From positions 595,059 through 619,058 of the forward strand of contig NZ_CP045875.1 in NCBI RefSeq assembly GCF_009649955.1: a DNA stretch of 24,000 nt, read 5' to 3'. Origin of the DNA: Heliorestis convoluta. Its GTDB lineage: Bacteria; Bacillota; Desulfitobacteriia; Heliobacteriales; Heliobacteriaceae. Shown in pieces: positions 16,886-23,691 of this stretch; position 1 is the stretch's first letter; each line of letters starts with the position of its first letter. Both the position numbers and the translations under genes were made by a program. The notes beneath the pieces were generated by a model. It was not told the origin of the DNA and did no database searches. It saw only the letters and a program-made list of their open reading frames with translations.

Positions 16886-17028
16886 GGATCGTCTAAGCCC
16901 CAATCTTCTTCATATTGACTGGGAAGATTGGGGCAAATTACATTGCAACCCATTTTAATTACGATATCGAATTTGGGGATTTCTGTTAACAGTTTAGGAT
17001 GCTGCGTTTCTTCCATATCGAATTGCAT
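16886..17028 (-). pseudogene. arsC: internal fragment (fossil) of a second arsC gene
   Basis: Positions 16886-17019 align without gaps to the intact arsC at 10460-10593, with 18 mismatches in 134 nt by hand count. The translation DMEETQHPKLLTEIPKFDIVIKMGCNVICPNLPSQYEEDWGLDDP matches arsC residues of about 62-106. The CX5R N-terminus and the C-terminus are missing. Confidence 0.8.
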
Positions 17029-17051
17029 ACTATGAGGCTCAGCAAGGGATA

Positions 17052-17080
17052 TTGACTTTTGTTAATTCTTATCCTAAGAT
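17052..17080 (+). promoter_or_regulatory. sigma-A-like promoter upstream of the four-gene module
   Basis: TTGACT (17052-17057), 17-nt spacer, TAAGAT (17075-17080). Confidence 0.5.
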
Positions 17081-17130
17081 TGAATTAATCAATACGAGGT
17101 TAGAAGATCACGGTGATGCTATAGGCTCGA

Positions 17131-17176
17131 AGGCGAGTAAAGTTCTTTGATAAGGACTTTTCTCGCCTATTTTTTT
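17131..17176 (+). terminator. terminator-like hairpin between that promoter and the first gene of the module
   Basis: aggcgag-t-aaagt-tctttgataagg-acttt-t-ctcgcct gives 7+5 bp with a T/T mismatch, followed by attttttt. It lies 70 nt upstream of the TTG start at 17246. Confidence 0.5.
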
Positions 17177-17245
17177 AAGAGGTATGGTGATAAGAGTAGG
17201 CTCTTTCTTTCCATGTTACTGCAAAAATATGAGAGGTGAGTTGTT

Positions 17246-18241
17246 TTGTTAGATTTTGATGGGAATTATGGACAATTAAATCTGCTGGCATTATTGCCTT
17301 GTCCAGTTAAGGTGCCCTTTGAACGGATTTTTAACGAACCTGCAACGAGCTGGAGCGATCGGGTAGGAATGCCCTTGCGATATGAACTAGTTAGTAATGC
17401 CAATCAGTATCAGGAGTTATACACTTACTTAGATAGCTGTCACAGGAAGGAAGATTTTCCTGATATGCTACTATCGTCTGGTTTTAATAGATTTTATCGT
17501 CGCTCTTTTATTGAGAAGTTTAAGTATGCTGGAATATGGTCAGCCATAGAGCGTCCTAAAGTAAATCGGAGCATGGAAGCAGCAGTTGTGTTTGATCCTG
17601 ATCAGCAGTACACGTTACTGGCAATCAACCCAGCCGTACTGGTGGTAGACTTGCAGCGCTGGGGAGACAATGCTTTGCCTCGCAACTTTGGAGACGTCCT
17701 GGCTCCCCGTTGCCGTGGTCGGGTAGTGTTTCGAGGTCACAAAGACGACTATTGTGAAGGCGTGCTATTGCGAATATACAAAGAGTATGGCATAAATGGC
17801 ATTAAGCTTCTGGCCCAAGCCACACCCAAGGGCATGCATCCAGCAGAAATGGCTAAGATTATGGGCAATGGTCAAGCAGAGGGACCTGTTGTAGCAATTA
17901 TGCCCCTGTTCTTTGCCAAAATGATTCCTAAGCAGGACCGGGTGGCGATTATTTGGCCCGACGATGGAGCCTTGGCCAACCCTGTTACGATATTGATTAA
18001 AAAGGAAGCTCAGATTGATCATCAAGAGATAGTGGATTTTTTTGCAGGGCAAGAATTGTCTCAGCTCTTGGCATCTGTGCAAATGATACCTGGTTTTGCT
18101 CAGAGTCAAGCTACTGGAGAAGATAGGAAACTTTATTGGATCGGCTGGGATTTTATAAATTCCCATGATTTAGGGCAGGTAGTACCCTGGTTAACCGATG
18201 CTTTTATCAAAACCCAGCGGGAGCAGTTCCTATGCAGTTGA
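17246..18241 (+). CDS. cytoplasmic periplasmic-binding-protein-fold (type II SBP-like) protein without signal peptide
   Basis: 331 aa, TTG start with RBS aggtga 6 nt upstream. There is no N-terminal hydrophobic segment or lipobox, unlike ModA in this window. The C-terminal block IWPDDGALANPVTILIKKEAQ...IVDFFAGQELSQLLAS resembles the conserved end of Fe3+/molybdate-type solute-binding proteins. This is recognition-level only. Confidence 0.5.
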   Translation: MLDFDGNYGQLNLLALLPCPVKVPFERIFNEPATSWSDRVGMPLRYELVSNANQYQELYTYLDSCHRKEDFPDMLLSSGFNRFYRRSFIEKFKYAGIWSAIERPKVNRSMEAAVVFDPDQQYTLLAINPAVLVVDLQRWGDNALPRNFGDVLAPRCRGRVVFRGHKDDYCEGVLLRIYKEYGINGIKLLAQATPKGMHPAEMAKIMGNGQAEGPVVAIMPLFFAKMIPKQDRVAIIWPDDGALANPVTILIKKEAQIDHQEIVDFFAGQELSQLLASVQMIPGFAQSQATGEDRKLYWIGWDFINSHDLGQVVPWLTDAFIKTQREQFLCS

Positions 18242-18918
18242 TCACAGTGGCTGGCCCTCCCTCTTCCGGCAAGACGGCAGTAATAATCAATGTGATTGCT
18301 GCTCTACATAGAAAAGGTCGTAAGGTTGGCGTAATTAAGATGGACTGTCTGCAAGCCCAAGATCAGGAAGAATATAAAAAGCGAAGTATTCCAGTTCAAG
18401 TAGGCCTATCAGGCAATCTCTGTCCTGATCATTTTTTCGTCAGCAATATTCAGGCCTGTGTCGATTGGGGTATAGAGCAAAAGCTAGACATGCTGATTAG
18501 TGAAAGTGCGGGACTCTGTAATCGGTGCTCTCCCCACATCAAGGGCATCACGGCTCTATGCGTAATTGACAATTTAATGGGAGTAAATACGCCCAAAAAA
18601 ATTGGACCCATGCTTAAGCTGGCCGATTATGTGATTGTCACCAAAGGTGATGTAGTATCCCAAGCAGAGAGAGAAATATTTGCCTTTCGTATCCGTCAAG
18701 CGAATCCCAAAGCAATCATTATGTTTGTCAATGGGATAACAGGACAAGGTGCTCCTGAGCTAGCAAGTTTATTGCAAAAAGCTGAGCCCATCTCAAGCTT
18801 GGATCAACGTCGGCTGCGTTTTTCCATGCCGGCAGCATTATGCTCCTACTGCTTGGGAGAAACTCGAATCGGTAAGGATTATCAAATGGGCAATAATCGG
18901 CTGATGAAGTTTGAGTAG
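18232..18918 (+). CDS. G3E-family P-loop GTPase, HypB/UreG-like metallochaperone
   Basis: 228 aa. Walker A GPPSSGKT. IKMDCLQAQDQEEY is comparable to the UreG ..NDI.T.ED.. block. A CPDH motif sits at the position of the UreG CPH / HypB CH metal site. Further matches are ESAGLCNRCSP (like E..GNL.CP), a P.K.GP.L..AD block, and TKGD in place of NKxD. The start overlaps the upstream stop by 10 nt. Confidence 0.7.
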   Translation: MQLITVAGPPSSGKTAVIINVIAALHRKGRKVGVIKMDCLQAQDQEEYKKRSIPVQVGLSGNLCPDHFFVSNIQACVDWGIEQKLDMLISESAGLCNRCSPHIKGITALCVIDNLMGVNTPKKIGPMLKLADYVIVTKGDVVSQAEREIFAFRIRQANPKAIIMFVNGITGQGAPELASLLQKAEPISSLDQRRLRFSMPAALCSYCLGETRIGKDYQMGNNRLMKFE

Positions 18919-18935
18919 AGGAAAGGATTATTGAT

Positions 18936-19946
18936 ATGGACAGCCAACATAAGCAATGGTTAAATATGCCCTATAACCAGCTGCGACAGCAATATCCTTA
19001 CGCTGATCAGTTTTTTCAAACAATGGGCCTTTCCATACTGGAAGGTAGCCACTGTGTAGAGGACTATGTAAGTAAACTAGCACCCCAGGTGTTAGAGGAC
19101 ATTGGCATAGAGCGAAGCCAGTTGGGTCATGCTTTTATATCTTTTCTTGAGAATATGAATCAATTACAACAAGAGGATAAGCAAATTATTGAAAGTGTTA
19201 CCATTTTGGGTGGTACAGATAAAGAAGGACGCAAAGAGAATTTACATTTAACCTTACGTCCTGGAGACATTGTTGCCATCGTTGGACCTACTGGTTCGGG
19301 AAAAAGCAGGCTATTGGCAGATATTGAGTGGATGGCCCAGGGTGATACGCCAACGGGCCGTCAAGTCTTGATTAACGGAAAAGCACCTGAACCAGAAAAG
19401 CGTTTTGCTGTGGAGAGCAAATTGGTTGCTCAACTATCGCAAAACATGAATTTTGTGATGGATCTATCAGTAGCAGAATTCATTTCTTTACATGCAGAAA
19501 GCAGGCTTAACAGACGAGATGATATCATAGAAAAAGTGTTAGAACAGGCGAACAAATTGGCAGGGGAACCTTTTACTGCAGATACCCCGCTCACTTCTTT
19601 GAGCGGGGGACAGTCTAGAGCCCTCATGATAGCAGATACAGCTTTGTTAAGTCGTTCCCCCATTGTTTTAATTGATGAAATTGAAAATGCAGGCGTTGAT
19701 CGACAAGAGGCATTGCAGGTTTTAGTAGGTCAAGACAAAATAGTACTCATGGCGACCCACGATCCGATACTAGCTTTAATGGCCCAGCGGCGGCTGATCA
19801 TTGAAAAGGGTTCTGTTAAACAGGTGATAGAAACAACTGATGAAGAGCAAAAAACTCTCCAAGAGCTGCTTCATTGGGATCAAAAACTGATGGCCTATCG
19901 CAACCATCTGCGCAAGGGCAAGAAATTGCTTGCATTCCATGATTAA
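18936..19946 (+). CDS. soluble ABC-type ATPase with an extra N-terminal domain of about 100 aa and no cognate permease
   Basis: 336 aa. Walker A GPTGSGKS, signature LSGGQSRA, Walker B VLIDEIENAGVD, H-loop ATHD. No TM segments. It starts 17 nt after the GTPase gene. Confidence 0.75.
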   Translation: MDSQHKQWLNMPYNQLRQQYPYADQFFQTMGLSILEGSHCVEDYVSKLAPQVLEDIGIERSQLGHAFISFLENMNQLQQEDKQIIESVTILGGTDKEGRKENLHLTLRPGDIVAIVGPTGSGKSRLLADIEWMAQGDTPTGRQVLINGKAPEPEKRFAVESKLVAQLSQNMNFVMDLSVAEFISLHAESRLNRRDDIIEKVLEQANKLAGEPFTADTPLTSLSGGQSRALMIADTALLSRSPIVLIDEIENAGVDRQEALQVLVGQDKIVLMATHDPILALMAQRRLIIEKGSVKQVIETTDEEQKTLQELLHWDQKLMAYRNHLRKGKKLLAFHD

Positions 19947-20031
19947 TTTAATGGGCTATGAACATTTGCTATCCTAGTAGGGTATAATGGAATTTATCAT
20001 AGTATAGGAAAGCAGATGAGGGGAAAATGCC

Positions 20032-21297
20032 ATGGCACACCTAACAGTCCGCTCGGGATACAAAAAACTGGAAGAAAGACTGAATCTTTTCCCCCAGGGT
20101 GCACCGCCTTCGGAAAGTCTTTATAAGATTTTATCTCTTCTTTTTCGAGAAAATGAAGCCAATCTCGTGTCACAATTGCCCATCCGACCTTTTACCGTGA
20201 AAAAAGCCGCTTCCATCTGGAAAAAGAGTGAAGCAGAAGCGCACAAGATTTTAGATGATTTGGCCAGTCGGGCTCTGCTGCTTGATATAGAACAAGAAGG
20301 TAGGCAACACTATGTCTTGCCACCACCCATGGCAGGCTTTTTTGAATTTGCTTTTATGCGAATACGGGGCGATCTGGATCAAAAGCTTTTAAGCGAGCTT
20401 TTTCATCAATATATCAATGTGGAAGAGGACTTTATTAAGGATCTTTTTCTCGGCAGCGAGACACGACTGGGTCGTGTTTTTGTGCAAGAAGCGGTCTTAA
20501 GCAATGACAATGCTCTTCATATTCTTGATTATGAACGCGCCAGCCATGTGATCGAGTCTGCAAAAACCATTGCTGTCGGTCTATGCTACTGTCGCCACAA
20601 AATGGAGCATTTAGGGCAGAATTGTTCTGCGCCTATGAACAATTGTATGACCTTTGGCAATACTGCTTCTTCTCTGATTAAGCATGGACATGCTAGAGCT
20701 ATCTATTCATCGGAAGGATTGGAACTTCTTGCGGAAGCTTATGCGCACAATCTTGTGCAATGTGGGGAAAATGTACGAGAAGATGTAAGTTTTCTTTGCA
20801 ATTGTTGTGGTTGTTGCTGTGAAGGCTTAATTGCTGTGCGTAAGTTTGGCCTGCTTCAACCAATACATACGACAAATTATCTTCCTACTGTTAATGAAAA
20901 GGCTTGCAACGGTTGTGGCCGCTGTGCAAAAGCTTGTCCCATTGAAGCGATTCAAATGACCTCTCACCCATCAGAGAAAGTTAAAAAAGCAAAAATCGAT
21001 GAGACCCTTTGTCTTGGTTGTGCTGTTTGTATTCGTCTTTGTCCTCTAAAGTGCCTTTCTCTGAAAGAGCGACCTCAGCGGATTATTACGCCCGTTAACT
21101 CAGCCCATCGGATCGTATTAGCCGCTCTTGAACGAGGTAGATTGCAGAATCTGATCTTCGATAACCAGGCTTTACAAAGTCACCGGGCAATGGCCGCTAT
21201 TTTGTCAGCCATTTTGCAGCTTCCTCCTGTAAAGCGCTTGATGGCCAAGGAGCAGTTGCGATCTCGTTATTTGGAACGGTTGCTTAAAGGAACTTAA
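20032..21297 (+). CDS. Cys-rich Fe-S protein: two ferredoxin-type 4Fe-4S motifs plus additional Cys clusters
   Basis: 421 aa. It contains CNGCGRCAKACP and CLGCAVCIRLCP (CxxCxxCxxxCP twice). Upstream are CYCRHKMEHLGQNCSAPMNNC and CNCCGCCCEG. The N-terminal region of about 170 aa is soluble. RBS gagggga sits upstream of the ATG. Confidence 0.7.
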   Translation: MAHLTVRSGYKKLEERLNLFPQGAPPSESLYKILSLLFRENEANLVSQLPIRPFTVKKAASIWKKSEAEAHKILDDLASRALLLDIEQEGRQHYVLPPPMAGFFEFAFMRIRGDLDQKLLSELFHQYINVEEDFIKDLFLGSETRLGRVFVQEAVLSNDNALHILDYERASHVIESAKTIAVGLCYCRHKMEHLGQNCSAPMNNCMTFGNTASSLIKHGHARAIYSSEGLELLAEAYAHNLVQCGENVREDVSFLCNCCGCCCEGLIAVRKFGLLQPIHTTNYLPTVNEKACNGCGRCAKACPIEAIQMTSHPSEKVKKAKIDETLCLGCAVCIRLCPLKCLSLKERPQRIITPVNSAHRIVLAALERGRLQNLIFDNQALQSHRAMAAILSAILQLPPVKRLMAKEQLRSRYLERLLKGT

Positions 21298-21429
21298 AGT
21301 AATCAAACCAGCCATCAGGTTGAATCAGTCTAACCCAGATCCGCTTTCAACGTACTTCGTCAATTTAGAAAGAGCTCTAACGGCTGGCGCACCGTCAATA
21401 ACATGCTTGCCCCCTTTTTCTTCCGAACC

Positions 21430-22292
21430 TTAATAAACCTCCGCCTTGTTATATTCTATCTCTTCTACTTCAAGCAAGTACCAGGTGTAGTCTCCTGCAT
21501 CAAGTTTCCAGGTGATTTCCGCTTGAAGGGGTACTTTGAATCGATCCATCCATTGATGTTCTTTCATGCGAATGGACCAGGGTTGCATAATGAATTCTCC
21601 ATCAAAGTCACCGTAACGGTCAGCTAGAAAATGTATTGCATTCCCTTCATCATCAAAAGTAAAGACACCGGATGCAGACACGCTTGATAGGTCATCGTTG
21701 CCAAAGCAGAATTCTCATCGATTTCTTGCCAAGCAATGTATTCTTCCAACGCAGCCGTTGGCACCCAGACAATTTCTGCTAAGTAGCGAACCAAGGAACC
21801 TTGATCCATTTCATAACCTTTTGCATCGGCTATATTGAAGAAAGATTGGAATTTAATCAACATATGACCTTTTCCTTCATGGTATCTATCTCTACCGACA
21901 ATATGTATAAAAGGGGCAACCTTAAACTTGGCGGTCCAAAGAAAGCCTGGCTTATCAATGGTAAAGTATTGTTGCGCTTCTAAGGGCATCCAGTTATCCT
22001 TGTCTTGATCAAGCCGAACAAGAGCACTTTGTCGGGAACGAGCTGTATGAACTGGCTCAGTATTGATCACACCGGTTGTTCTTAACCATTTTTTCACAGG
22101 TTCAGGCAAGTGTTCTACCTCTTCGGCTTGAATTGTAGTTGCTTCGCTATGTTTTTGGGTCTCTAAAAATTCAACAATTTCCTTATGAACCTTTTGGTTG
22201 AAAGTTGCATTTGCGATGGCTGAAAAAGCGAGTACAATCACAAAAATGCCCATGATTACGCCAAAGCCGATGATTCCTATTCTTTTCATCAT
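21430..22292 (-). pseudogene. membrane-anchored protein of unknown function, apparently split by a frameshift
   Basis: Two same-strand ORFs (22292-21624 and 21681-21430) overlap by 58 nt. The downstream one begins at a GTG with no RBS. The upstream one has an N-terminal TM anchor (IGIIGFGVIMGIFVIVLAF). Joined, they would give a single protein of about 290 aa. Confidence 0.5.
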
Positions 22293-22319
22293 TTCATCTC
22301 TCTTTCAAAGGATTTATTG

Positions 22320-22566
22320 ATCGAGCTTTTCTTGTTTTTTAAAAAAGACAAACCAGCCATGGGGTTGCTAGGAACAACCTTGAGCTGGTTTTTTCGTTAC
22401 CTTGCAAATCTTGGGGGAACTCTTTTTCTTGAAAACATTGCTCCTTCTAACTAAATTCCTTGTTGCTACCCCTGTCCTTCGAATGGAAGTATTGTATCGC
22501 AATCCTCTATAAATCGAGGCACCATTTCTACCCCGCTCTTCTGAAACCCTTGCTACATAAGGCTTT
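22320..22566. repeat. direct repeat copy A (about 247 nt), between the rpn-like stop and the start of the frameshifted gene
   Basis: It aligns to 23692-23940. The core 22424-22566 versus 23799-23940 shows 6 mismatches in about 143 nt by hand count. The left part contains a decayed version of the copy-B hairpin. Confidence 0.85.
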
Positions 22567-22597
22567 CTGTAACTCCAATTCGGAAATTGAAAAGCTA

Positions 22598-23539
22598 TTA
22601 AACGATAAGCTTCTTGGCCTCTTTAACTGTTCCTACTCTATATATGCTGTCTAAAATTTTATTCAATTTCTCTAGATCCGTTATACCTCTTACTTCTTTT
22701 TGGAGATCTATAGATCCTGTCCCAAACCTAGCTTCAAGATATTTGCATATAGACTCCTGCAAACCTTCTGACTTACCTTCTACTCGGCCTTCTACGCGAC
22801 CTTCTGCCCGGCCTTCTTCTCGGCCCTCTTCTCTGATCCATTGTTCGATTTTCGTCATTTTGAGCACCTCCAGTATGCGCTTTTTTACTTCATCAGGTAG
22901 AATTCGATCGGTTATGGCCACGATACAGGCTACTGTGAAAGCTTGTAATACTTCGCTTTCAATTTGTTTGGCCAATTCTACGGCTTCTACAGCGAGTGCT
23001 GCTTCATCTTTCTTCTGGCTAAACATCATTGGTAAAAAGATCAGTTTCTGCATATCTAAATCGTCTAGCTTCTCACCACGTTCTATTTTTTCCTTTAATA
23101 TCCTTAGTTCTTCGTCACCGTTAAAATCACTCATAAATACGTTAGAGACTTGATAGTTAAGGGATCCCATAACAAGCCTTTCCGGTGCTCTGTTAATCTT
23201 TCCTGCGTAGACCACAGCTGTATGAACTGGCAAGGCATGTCGTTCTACAATGCGAGCTCCGTAGTAAGCAAATCTTCTCAGCTCATCATCCGGTATGGTT
23301 GTCTGAAATTCCAGGTGTAACAGTGTATTGTCTGCAAGCTTGAAAACAAAATCTATACGCTTTTCTTTGGCTTCTACGACAGGCAAGGCTGTTGGCAGCA
23401 TTTCTACGACTGGTGCTACATCTATCCCTAATACTTCTAGGCTTTTTCCTTTGAATGTCTCGGCTACGGCTTTAAGAACTATGTCTTTAGACTGCCAGGC
23501 TATCTCTGTTTCTTGTGTTGAATTCTCAATCTTCGTCAT
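22598..23539 (-). mobile_element. Rpn/YhgA-family PD-(D/E)XK nuclease ('putative transposase')
   Basis: RIDFVFKLADNTLLHLEFQT is the hallmark D...(E)FQ core of the Rpn family. The C-terminal EQWIREEGREEGRAEGRVEGRVEGKSEG repeat tail is typical of the family. The start is chosen at ATG 23539 because a candidate promoter lies inside the longer ORF. The alternative start is 23605. Confidence 0.7.
22764..22835 (-). repeat. in-frame tandem repeat, six 12-nt units, inside the rpn-like gene
   Basis: ccttctgactta / ccttctactcgg / ccttctacgcga / ccttctgcccgg / ccttcttctcgg / ccctcttctctg encode REEG-REEG-RAEG-RVEG-RVEG-KSEG on the minus strand. Confidence 0.85.
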
Positions 23540-23566
23540 GATCGGAGGAATCAATCCCTTTCTTTC

Positions 23567-23595
23567 ATTGTAGCATATCCTATTTTCCTTTGCAG
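23567..23595 (-). promoter_or_regulatory. candidate promoter of the rpn-like gene
   Basis: Minus strand: CTGCAA (23595-23590), 17-nt spacer, extended -10 TG-c-TACAAT (23575-23567). Confidence 0.4.
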
Positions 23596-23691
23596 GGCTC
23601 CACATTTTGTTCTTTTATTCTAGTTTATTTCAACTGTTTCCTTCAATTTTTGATGATTTTTTACAGTTACTTTTCTGTGATAATACCGATG

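Noticed and set aside
16747-17028. 93-aa ORF as an intact gene
   Set aside because: Its first part is the arsC fossil and the remainder is antisense read-through of the phosphodiesterase gene. It has no RBS and no complete domain.
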